A stretch of DNA of 32,000 bases, taken from the NCBI GenBank assembly GCA_025839675.1, contig CP104013.1, forward strand, positions 5,430,001 to 5,462,000, in the 5' to 3' direction. The position numbers and the translations under genes were made by a program. This stretch comes from Candidatus Lokiarchaeum ossiferum. GTDB lineage: Archaea > Asgardarchaeota > Lokiarchaeia > Sigyniarchaeales > Promethearchaeaceae. Below the pieces are notes generated by a model. It was not told the origin of the DNA, searched no databases, and saw only the letters and a list, made by a program, of their open reading frames with translations. Position 1 is the stretch's first letter. Every line of letters starts with the position of its first letter. Positions 1 through 9,100 of the stretch are shown here, piece after piece.

Positions 1-291
1 TTTAGCGGATTCAAGAGTTTTCATATCTTCTAAAGCTGTAACAAATACTATGGGTGTATGATATTTTGTAGAAATTTCTTTAGCAGCATCGATTCCATTA
101 ATACTACCATCAAGTATAATATCCATTAAAATTAAATCCACTTCATTAACATTTTCGCGCATAAAGCTTAGGGCTTCTTCTCCAGATGAAACAGTAGCGA
201 CAGGATTGTACTTAGCTTTTTTCAGTAAAGATTCCAAAGCTAATGATGTAAGGCCTTCATCTTCCACAATTAAGATATTTTCATTAACCAT
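1..291 (-). CDS. Response-regulator receiver (CheY-like REC) domain protein; the C-terminus runs off the window
   Basis: It is absent from the ORF track because there is no stop inside the window. My minus-strand translation from ATG 289-291 is open to position 1: MVNENILIVEDEGLTSLALESLLKKAKYNPVATVSSGEEALSFMRENVNEVDLILMDIILDGSINGIDAAKEISTKYHTPIVFVTALEDMKTLESAK. It shows the acidic pocket (VEDE), the phospho-acceptor Asp context (DLILMDI) and the conserved Thr (FVTA) typical of REC domains. Confidence 0.8.
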   Translation of the reverse strand, partial: MVNENILIVEDEGLTSLALESLLKKAKYNPVATVSSGEEALSFMRENVNEVDLILMDIILDGSINGIDAAKEISTKYHTPIVFVTALEDMKTLESAK

Positions 292-336
292 TATGTGAAG
301 ATAGGAGATTTTTCCTTTTAATTGTTTAGAAGGAAT

Positions 337-347
337 AAAAAAGAAAA
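337..347 (-). terminator. Oligo-U tract (UUUUCUUUUUU on the minus strand), a likely archaeal terminator of the hdrA-vhuD transcript
   Basis: The plus strand reads aaaaaagaaaa at 337-347, about 29 nt downstream (minus sense) of the structured 3' UTR element and upstream of the next gene start at 291. Archaeal termination typically uses T-runs. Confidence 0.4.
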
Positions 348-375
348 TTATTGATAAATTATTTTGGTTCAATTG

Positions 376-453
376 CATATATGGGATACATCCTCGCAGG
401 ATTCATCCACCTTGCACTTGGTTTATAGCAAGGGTTCATCTGGGCCATATATG
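376..453 (-). promoter_or_regulatory. Candidate SECIS element(s) in the 3' UTR of the hdrA-vhuD operon: two GAUGAA-prefixed hairpins enclosed by a 9-bp helix
   Basis: The minus-strand RNA is CAUAUAUGG-CCCA-GAUGAA-CCCUUGC-UAUAAACCAAGU-GCAAGG-UG-GAUGAA-UCCU-GCG-AGGA-UGUAUC-CCAUAUAUG. The outer helix pairs 445-453 with 376-384 (9 perfect bp). Hairpin 1 spans 410-434 with an A-rich 12-nt loop. Hairpin 2 spans 391-401. The element begins 24 nt after the vhuD stop, and the two genes upstream carry five in-frame UGA codons. Confidence 0.55.
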
Positions 454-477
454 TCGAAGGTTTTTGTTGTATTTTCC

Positions 478-945
478 TTAGACTGTTTTTTTTTTGGCTT
501 TCTTGGCAGCAGCTTTTGCGGCAGCATCAATTTGATGCATTCTTAGTTTAGAAGGCCCTAACCGTCTGACTGTATTATCCATTTCAACTGCAAGTTGTCG
601 GAAGCGTTCTCCTTCAGCCGCACTGATAAAGATCATTTTCAAACGATCAGGTTCTAATCCTATAGTATGCATGATAGTTTTGAGATATTGGACTAATTTT
701 TGGGCATATTCATTGCCATTCACAAAATCACATTCTCCAATATGTCATCCACCTATGATGACTCCATCGGCTCCTTTATTAAAGGCTCGCATGACCATAT
801 CTGCTGATACTCTTGCCGTGCACATTACTCGAACTGGTCGAATACTTGCAGGATATTGGGCTCGAATGGTTCCGGCCATATCGCAGGCGCCGTAACCTCA
901 TTTCCAACATAAGAAAGCTATAATCCGTGGTTCAAAATTTTCCAT
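478..945 (-). CDS. vhuD: F420-non-reducing hydrogenase / heterodisulfide reductase-associated delta subunit (MvhD/VhuD family), a selenoprotein with two in-frame UGA (Sec) codons
   Basis: The ORF track shows only the C-terminal 81 aa (478..723). Reading the same frame upstream through TGA at 745-747 and 898-900 gives MENFEPRIIAFLCWK-U-GYGACDMAGTIRAQYPASIRPVRVMCTARVSADMVMRAFNKGADGVIIGG-U-HIGECDFVNGNEYAQKL... This is collinear with the MvhD motifs FCCNWCSYGGAD and GGCHxGDCHY, with U at Cys positions. GGGGGA lies upstream of ATG 943-945 (SD-like). The gene terminates with TAA. Confidence 0.85.
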
Positions 946-963
946 TTTCATTTATCCCCCTAA

Positions 964-2979
964 TTATGCCTTAGATTTCTCCATAAGGGCATCTTCCAAT
1001 ATTGCGTCAATTAAATCGCCGTATTGTTCATCACGATAGTATCGAATTGATATTGCCGAACTTGGGCACACTGATGCACAAAGACCGCATCCTCGGCAGA
1101 GGATTTCATCGACAAGCGCTCCATCTTCTTGAGTTATTCGAATTGCATTATAAGGACAAGCTTCCGCACACATTCCACATCGTGAGCATTTGGCTTCATC
1201 TGGTACGGCCCGAATAAGTTTAATTCGATATTCTCCATTGGATAATAACTTACCAATAGAAGAGGCTGCACCCTTTGCTTGCATAATGGATTCTGAAATG
1301 GCTTTAGGGCCATGACATGCACCTGATAATGCAATTCCGGGAACATCGGTGTCGACAGTGTTCAATCGCTGGTGGAATTCTTTTAAGAATCCGCTCGGAT
1401 GTTTTGACAGATTTAGGGCTTTATTCAATTTTCCAAAGGTATCCGAAGGCATCATCGCTGCAGATAACACAATTAAATCAAATTCATATTCTTTAATCGT
1501 TTTATCTGGGCTTAAGGTGTCCTCAAGCACCACTATGAGATTTTGGGTCTTTGGATCTTCGCGAACACGAGCTACCTTTGAGCGTATATATTTTACTCCG
1601 TCGCGTCTGGATTGGGTATAATATTCTTCATATCCCTTTCCTGCTGCGCGAATGTCAATATAAGATACAACTACTTCAAGATCTGGATCATGTGTTTTTA
1701 CAAGCTTAGCATTTTTAATGCTAACCATACAACATACTCCACTTGAGCAGTATACATTTCTATTGACATCCCGTGAGCCAACGCATTGGACAAATAAGAC
1801 GCTTTCTGGTGGTTTTCCATCCGATGGTCTATGTAAATGGCCGACTACTGGTCCATTGGGGGCGAGCATTCGTTCAAATTCGAGTTGTGTTACTACGTTC
1901 TCGTATTTGCCATAACCTAAATATCCATCAATTGGTTTGTATTCATCCCAACCTGTTGCTACAATTATTCCTCCTACTTTCACAGAGAAGAGTGTATCTT
2001 CTTGATCAAATTTAACGGCTGTAAGTTCACAAACGTTGGCACAATTGCCACATTTGATACATGCATCCATATCAATTTGAGCTCTCATTGGGACTGCTTG
2101 CGAGAATGCAACATATATTGCTTTTCGTTGTCCTAAGCCTTGATCGAATTCACTACGTGAAACAGCGGGGCACACATCAAAACATGCGCCACACCCATTG
2201 CAATCGGTATTTGTATATCGTGCCTTTTGCAAGATCTCAACTTCAAAGTTTCCTACATAGCCTTCTACTTTGGTAACTTCAGACAACGTTAAAAGTTCAA
2301 TATTTTCATTTCTTTGCACTTCTAACATGACAGGCCCCAAGATTCAGATACTACAATCATCGGTTGGGAATGTGCGGTCAAGCATACTCATTTTTCCACC
2401 AATTGTTGGATTTTGTTCAACTAAATACACTTTATGACCTTGGTTCGCAAGATCTAAAGCGGATTGTAGTCCAGCAACTCCTCCTCCAATGACTAAAACT
2501 GCATCCGATACAGGTACTACTCTTTCGGGTACTACTTCCAATCGGGCCGCTCGTGCAACTCCTGCTCGAACTTGTTCCTTAGCCATTTCCAAAGCTTTCG
2601 CTTTATCTTTTTGGTGGACAAAACTTGTGTGCTCTCGAATATTGACGAACTCCAAATATGAAGGGTCTAACCCGCAATCATTTAAAACTGCTTGGAAAAC
2701 CGGTTCATGTGTTTTTGGGGTTCAAGCCGCAATTACCACTCGATTAACATTGTATTCATCAATATATTTCTTAATGAAATCTGCTCCTGAGGTGGTTCAG
2801 AGAGATAAATTTTTATCCGCAATAACAACATTTGGCAAAGTTTTTGCATATTCTGCTAATGCTGCTATGTCTATTACACCAGCGATATTTACACCACAGT
2901 CACATGGGAAAACAGCAATTCGTATTTCATCTGGATTAGTACTCATTGTCGTATTCTCATTTTGTGTAGAATTTTGCAT
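964..2979 (-). CDS. hdrA: Heterodisulfide reductase subunit A (HdrA), a selenoprotein with three in-frame UGA (Sec) codons
   Basis: ORF-track fragments 2797..2979, 2344..2655 and 964..2340 share one frame and are separated only by TGA at 2797-2799, 2722-2724 and 2344-2346. The joined product reads ...FPCDCGVNIAG...DKNLSL-U-TTSGADFIKKYIDEYNVNRVVIAA-U-TPKTHEPVFQAVLNDCGLDPSYLEFVNIREH...VIGGGVAGL...FPTDDCSI-U-ILGPVMLEV... It is collinear with the HdrA motifs YxCSDPGQ, VVAACSPRxHEP and DCSMCILAPK. It also has the FAD GxGxxG motif, 4Fe-4S ferredoxin CxxCxxCxxxCP motifs, and FVQCVGSRD / YCSSGVCCM. The start could instead be ATG 2944-2946. Confidence 0.9.
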
Positions 2980-3628
2980 TTCAAATGAAAAGATATCTGA
3001 ATGCAGAATTCTGTGTTATATATATCGTTATGTTACTTATCCTTCCATGGATTTACTCTCATTTAACGAACATTGATAATAAGAGGATTCACTCCATATC
3101 ATCGGATAATACTGTGTGTATGAAATTTCCATTTCTATAAGAAATTTTTGCATTGACTCATAAGGAAAAAACTTAAATGAAATTTGGTTCCCAAATGAAA
3201 TCAAAGAAGAATATTTTTTTCGGATTTTTCCCATGGAGTCTGCATCAACCAAGTGGTCAAAAGGGAAGGAAAAAATCGGAGGAAGGGAAGTAAGCAAAGA
3301 TTTTGTGTCTACAAAAAGAAGGAAATCTATTGTTTCCTTTTCATATCCTGCATATACCCCAAACCTTGAATTTCGAGAAGATTATTCGCAGAATGAGAAT
3401 AGTTGGATCTTTCGTTATCAGTCTTTTAGTTATAGATTTGGATTTTAATTCTAAGTTTTTGATTTCTATTGTGCCCTTGCTAAACCATTCTTTGTTTGAC
3501 TAAAACAATTTTGAATAAAACTATCTTATGAAATGGTACGAACTATTAGAAATTGTATGGATAATTAGATATAAAGGATTGATTAATCAAAATGATATAG
3601 GAAGAATAAAAAATGGAGGAACCAATTT

Positions 3629-4669
3629 TTGAGTTATGAAGAAATGCCAGCAGGAACCGTTCCTGTTTTTTTTGTCTTGGTTTTCTCCACCTTTTCTTGT
3701 TTTCTGTTAACAATTATTCTGGCAATGAAATGGAAAGAAAGAAGACGTAGAAGTGTTTACTCATTGAGAAATTTGTTCTTTTCCTTATTCCTTGCATGTA
3801 TTTTCTTAATTTCTGCTATGATTCAAGGATATATCACCGGATATAAACTGATTTTTTATCGAATTGCTTATACCTTATTCATCGGTTTTTTGGCATGTTC
3901 TCTTTTCTTCTTAATTCAATTTGGTCAGGAGATATTCAATGTATTTAAGAAGTCGTATAACTACCATTTCATTTTTATTGCCATTTTAGTTATATTGCTT
4001 ATACTTCCCAACAATTATTATGGTTTTCCTTCTGATGGAAAAACAGACTTTGGCCCATCAATCCGGATTTTTTCTTCTACATTATTCGTTGTGTATCAAA
4101 CCTATCTCTATGCTTTATTGGCCATTAAATCATTTTCTGCCTATCTTCAAGTGTCAGATAGCTATGCAAAAATCGGTTTTATGTTTATCGGAATTTCGCA
4201 AGTTTCAATGTTAGCCAATCAATTTTTTCTTGTATTGGATGTGATAGCTTTTACATTTTGGGGAAATAAAGGTGGTTACTCTATTTTTACCACTATTGGG
4301 TGGATATTTGTAGGCTTGTTTACCTTTTCGAGTTATATGGGGCTTTTACTTCCTGGATTCTTGCACAGAAGAGAATTACCAAACACCTCATTAGAAAAAG
4401 TTAAATCTCAATTGATCGAAGAAGATCCTATCCAAGTCAAGATCGCTGAGATTCATGATAGATCCTTACTCGTAAGATGTCCAACTTGCAAGTTAACCAA
4501 AGAAATTGTGTTAAAAAGTGAATTAGTATATTCGATCAAAATTCAAGAAAAAGATATTATGTCCATTACTATTGAAGAAAATATCATATGTCCTCATAGA
4601 TTTCAAATATACTTGGACAAAAATCTTCAAATACGAGGGTTTACACCAATTGATTATTTTAAAGGTTAA
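3629..4669 (+). CDS. Seven-TM membrane protein with a C-terminal cytosolic CPTC...CxH zinc-ribbon-like module
   Basis: 346-aa ORF. I count about 7 hydrophobic helices within residues 10-245. The soluble tail contains RCPTCK...ICPHRFQIYLDKNLQIR. GGAGGA at 3614-3619 lies 9 nt upstream of the TTG start. Confidence 0.7.
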   Translation: MSYEEMPAGTVPVFFVLVFSTFSCFLLTIILAMKWKERRRRSVYSLRNLFFSLFLACIFLISAMIQGYITGYKLIFYRIAYTLFIGFLACSLFFLIQFGQEIFNVFKKSYNYHFIFIAILVILLILPNNYYGFPSDGKTDFGPSIRIFSSTLFVVYQTYLYALLAIKSFSAYLQVSDSYAKIGFMFIGISQVSMLANQFFLVLDVIAFTFWGNKGGYSIFTTIGWIFVGLFTFSSYMGLLLPGFLHRRELPNTSLEKVKSQLIEEDPIQVKIAEIHDRSLLVRCPTCKLTKEIVLKSELVYSIKIQEKDIMSITIEENIICPHRFQIYLDKNLQIRGFTPIDYFKG

Positions 4670-5077
4670 ATTACATTTTTATGTCACTATTCTACCGATT
4701 TTAAACTTTTTGACCAAGATTTTTGGATATTTTCTCCGTTCTGAATCATGATGAAAATGAATGTTTGTTTTTTTTATTTCCCTATTTAAGTTGTAGTATA
4801 GATTTCCTGCTTGTATTTAGAAAAAAATTTTTCTGAATTTGACATAATTAAAAAATCTCAATATTAAGTGAACAAAGTATGAAAATCTTTAAAAAATTGA
4901 ATTTTCGATTGAAGATATGCATCTTTGTCAATGGGAAAGGGGTGGGTATTTATGAAACATTTATGATTTTTATTAATATTGAAGGGGAAATGTTATAAGT
5001 AAGATTTAAGTTAATGATTTTAAGGGAAGTTTTTCCAAGAGATCCATTTCTACCCATAGCGGTTGGTGAAATCAAAA

Positions 5078-5767
5078 ATGAAGGAAATTATCTTTGAAAT
5101 AATTGAAAATTTACTCGATCTATCTGCTTTTGAATTGGAATATCGTCATCGAGCCAAATCAAATCCCTTCAGCGAGAAATGGATCAACTGTACTCGTTCA
5201 AGAGCCAGAATTAAGAAAGTAAAAAATTATTTATACTCTCAAATTAAAATTGTGTTAGATAGTGATAAAAGTCAAGAATTTTATGAAATTGCTTTGCGTC
5301 CTTTTATTCGTCAAACTTTAGAAGAAATACAGAAGTCTATTGTTGAATTTGGGGAATCTAAAGAAAATATTCTATACCAGGCAGTATTTTTTAAATTATC
5401 TTTAGATGATTTATTTATTTTATTTACGAATTTAATTGCTTGGGAACATCAAATCTATCCGGCATTATTAGAGCATGCCATTTTTGAATCATCGCATATT
5501 CGCGAGGAAATCGTTCCTACTGACGATTATTTGAGATATTATGTGCGATTTTTGGATGTGTTATCTTCCAGTGAAATAATCTCTCTCTTTGATTTAGATG
5601 CTCTAAAGAACACCATTCTATCTGATCAAGATCAAATTGATAAAAAACCATTAAGTTCTTTGCATTTGTTTGAAGATTGGCCAATGCTTAACTTGGAATC
5701 GTTTTCCCACCGTTTTCCGCATTTTAAAGAAAATTTAGCCCAAAAAATGGCCGACTCAAAATCCTAA
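5078..5767 (+). CDS. Hypothetical protein (predicted all-alpha; no motif recognised)
   Basis: The long ORF is 5063..5767. I prefer ATG 5078 because GGTGA lies 8 nt upstream. Coding is inferred from length and context only. Confidence 0.5.
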   Translation: MKEIIFEIIENLLDLSAFELEYRHRAKSNPFSEKWINCTRSRARIKKVKNYLYSQIKIVLDSDKSQEFYEIALRPFIRQTLEEIQKSIVEFGESKENILYQAVFFKLSLDDLFILFTNLIAWEHQIYPALLEHAIFESSHIREEIVPTDDYLRYYVRFLDVLSSSEIISLFDLDALKNTILSDQDQIDKKPLSSLHLFEDWPMLNLESFSHRFPHFKENLAQKMADSKS

Positions 5768-5823
5768 AAAACTATTCTCTCGATACCTTTATAAAGGGAA
5801 TTTATCTAAATTCTAGTAGGAAA

Positions 5824-6060
5824 ATGATTGCAGAGGTACATCCTTTCAAAACAGTTTTTGATGAAGAGTGGGATTATGAGTGGGCGGCAGATTGGAACAA
5901 AGTTTCAGCGATATTTACGACCATTGATGATTTGGAACGTCAGTTTGGAGCACTAGATGTGTCCGTTCTAAGGGAATTAACTCAACGGAAATTGATTTTA
6001 GATTTACAGAAATATGCTTATAGTCTTAGTAAAGTCATTGTTGATAAATATCAAGATTAA
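5824..6060 (+). CDS. Hypothetical small acidic protein
   Basis: 78-aa ORF with an ATG start, followed by a T9 tract. No motif recognised. Confidence 0.4.
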   Translation: MIAEVHPFKTVFDEEWDYEWAADWNKVSAIFTTIDDLERQFGALDVSVLRELTQRKLILDLQKYAYSLSKVIVDKYQD

Positions 6061-6089
6061 TTATTTGGGTGAAATCGCTTTGACTGCCC

Positions 6090-6098
6090 TTTTTTTTT
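6090..6098 (+). terminator. T9 tract downstream of the 5824..6060 ORF
   Basis: ccctttttttttgc lies 30 nt after the stop codon. This is the archaeal oligo-T terminator type. Confidence 0.4.
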
Positions 6099-6159
6099 GC
6101 TGTCCCCTTCGTTCTATTTCATTTTGATGACTTCATCTAATACTGGTCAAAGATTTTAG

Positions 6160-6174
6160 AAAAAAGTAAAAAAA
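6160..6174 (-). terminator. Two oligo-U runs (U7 and U6) downstream of ileS
   Basis: The plus strand reads aaaaaagtaaaaaaa, 13-27 nt beyond the ileS stop at 6187 (minus sense). Confidence 0.4.
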
Positions 6175-6186
6175 TAAAGAAACTCC

Positions 6187-9100
6187 TTAGTTTTTAATAA
6201 AATTGATGCGGATCAACCCCAATTTGTCTTTGGAAATGGATTGTGCACAATATCCGCATTTTCCTTCAGATCCACTTTTAATTGCATTAACCATTTTCTC
6301 TCGAATTACGGCGTAGCATGTACCATTTAAACAAACATTGAAATCTTGTGATATTCCTTCATTAATCGGTTCAGATACTTCTTTGGTTAAATTTAGGGGT
6401 TCAGCTGTCACTTTAGTAGTGATATTTTCCTTTAATTCATTCAAAGTTTCGTAAAGGAAGGGGTGTTCAGTAGACAAAGTTAGAGTTATTGATTCTCCAG
6501 TCTGCAATTTATGTTGCTTTCGTAAGAATTGGATCGTACGCAATAAATCTCGCAATATTCGTTCCTGTTGCAATTCTTTAGAGTCTTGTAAATCCAAATA
6601 TACTATGTATTCTCCTACGTCTTTGAATTTAAAGGTGTCATCAACTTTTTCATCTTTAACGATCGTCAATTCCTTCACATTACTCATTTCTTTGATCAAA
6701 TCTTGGAATGGAATTTCTTCCTTTTGATCTTTGGCTTTTATCAATAATCCTTTGGTAGGCCATCGCAATTTTATCTTATTTTCGGCTTTCAATGAACGTA
6801 CTTCATCAATGATGTGGCGAGTTGTTTGCATTTTGCGTTCAGCATTTTCATCGATTAAATCATCATCAATTTGGGGCCATTTGTCCAAATGAATTGATTC
6901 TCGGGTTTGTGTGGGAAGCATTGGGCGAAACATCTTTTGATATATTTCCTCAGTCAACATTGGATTTACAGGGGCCATAATCAAGCATAATCGGTGTAAA
7001 ACATACCAAAGCACTGCTAATGTATTATATTTGTTTGGATTTTCATTATTTACATCGATATCGTCCCGAATTAGGGAGATGTACCATCGAGACAGATCAT
7101 TTACAATGAACTCTTGGAGACGTGCAGGAATTGAGGGTAACTCGTAATTGTCAAATAGATCTGTCACTTCTTTAATTGTACTGTTCACTTTGGAAACTAT
7201 CCATCTATCTGGCGCGGATAATTTATTAATATCCATGGAATGCTTTTTTGGATCAAAGTTATTTAGCATCATTTTTTCTTGGGCAAATAAATAGGTATTC
7301 CAAAAGGTGTTAAGTACTTTGAAGGTGTCGGTATATTCCTTGTAGTCAAAGTTCATATCTTTTCCTGGAGGGGTAGCCATGACACTGTAGAATCGGAAGT
7401 TTTCTATTCCTTTGATATTAGACCAGCGTTTATCGTCTTTAATATATTTCTTTTGACGTTCTTTTCGATTCTTCTTTGGAGTTTTACTTTCCTTAGTCTT
7501 ATCAAATTTGGATGTGGTCAGAAGGGCTGCTTGTTTCCGTAAATGTTCCTTTTGAGATTCAGTCAAAATTTCCACTTCACCGCGAATAACATCAATTGGT
7601 TGGACTGCATTTCCTAAGGATTTGGACATTTTAACTCCATGTGAATTTACCCATCCATGCATATAACATGCTTTATAATTTTTCCGTTTAGATGAAAGCA
7701 TTGCTGCGCAAATCAATGAGTTGAACCATCCACGGATTTGATCTTTTCCTTCCAAGATGAAATCGGCTGGTTCCCAAGTGTCATAATGTTCATGACCGTC
7801 AACAAATTGTTGGGATGCCCACATCACTGATCCTGAATCTAACCAAACATCTGCTAAATCCGGGACCCGCTTCATGGTTCCTTTAGAACATTTTGGGCAT
7901 TTCCAAGTGACTTTGTCTATGATGGGAACGTGGAGATCTTCTGGACATTCACCCGCTTTTTCTTCCAATTCCTTCATCGATCCGATTACATCCATGTTAT
8001 CACAGGCTTCATCATCACATTGCCAAATGGATAATGGGATACCCCAGATTCTTTGGCGTGATATACACCAATCCCGTAATCCCATCAACCATGATTTAAA
8101 ATTGGTATCACCAGCATATTTTGGGATCCAAAAGATATCTTCATTTTCCTTTAACAATTCGTCACGTAATTTTGATGTTGCGAAGAACCATTGGTCGGTT
8201 GCTCGGTATACCAATTTGGTTTTGCATCTCCAACAGTGAGCGTACTCGTGTGCTATGGGTTCTTCGTGTACTAAAGTTTTTTTTTCTTTCAACATATCGA
8301 TAATTTCTCGATTAACTTCATGTACATACTTTCCTTTAAATAAATCTCCTGCTTCACTCGTGTATTCTCCATTCATATCTACTGGTGAGAAAATTGGTAT
8401 TCCATATTCCATTCCGACTTCAAAATCTTCTGGTCCATGACCTGGAGCTGAATGAACCAATCCTGATCCTCCTGTTTCTTGGACGTATTCTCGAGAAAGG
8501 ACTATTGTATGTACTAATGGTTGTTCTTTTTCTAATTCTGCATGGATGGGGACTTCTTTAGCGAATGGATGAATATATTGTTTACCTTCTAAGTCATAAC
8601 CGGTGTAACGCTCTCCATATTCAAACCCATCTTCTGTTTTTAAGGCCAAATTTAATTTGTTTTGTAATAAATCTGAAGTGGCGGCAATTCCCATGATCCA
8701 ATATTCATCCTTTACCCGCATTTTCACATACTCACTATCTGGATTTGCCATGATGTTTGTATTTGAGATTAGAGTCCAAGGTGTGGTTGTCCATATAACA
8801 TAAAATGTCTTTGGATCTTCAACCGATTGAAATTTGACAAAGATGGCGGTATCGGTGATATCATGATATTCATATTCATGTTTTGCCAAAGCAGTTCCGC
8901 ATCGAGGGCAACAATTTTGGGGGCGATATCCTTTATACAAATAATCATTTTCCCATGCCTTCTTCAATGTCCACCAAATTCCTTGAATATAGGTATTTCT
9001 CAGTGTGATATAGGGATTATCCCAGTTCCAGAAATTGCATCCCAATCTTGAAAATTGCTTATTCATAGTATCAATTTGGCTAACTGCATAATTTCTACAT

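Noticed and set aside
478-2979. hdrA and vhuD as pseudogenes broken by nonsense mutations
   Set aside because: All five interruptions are TGA (never TAA or TAG). All are in frame and all fall exactly on conserved Cys positions. The flanking sequence is fully conserved with no frameshifts. That pattern indicates Sec decoding, not decay.
2489-3076. 195-aa plus-strand ORF, together with other long antisense ORFs: 671..895, 1349..1621, 7874..8239, 12474..12857, 15412..15723, 16715..16978, 23418..23678 and 24081..24335
   Set aside because: All lie antisense to confidently identified genes and have low-complexity or unrecognisable translations. They are typical shadow ORFs of AT-rich coding sequence.
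3037-3503. Small ORFs (86, 71 and 66 aa) in the 650-bp spacer between hdrA and the 7TM gene
   Set aside because: They have no recognisable motifs and mutually overlapping frames. They lie in an AT-rich region that is more plausibly the divergent promoter and leader region. There is not enough evidence to call coding.
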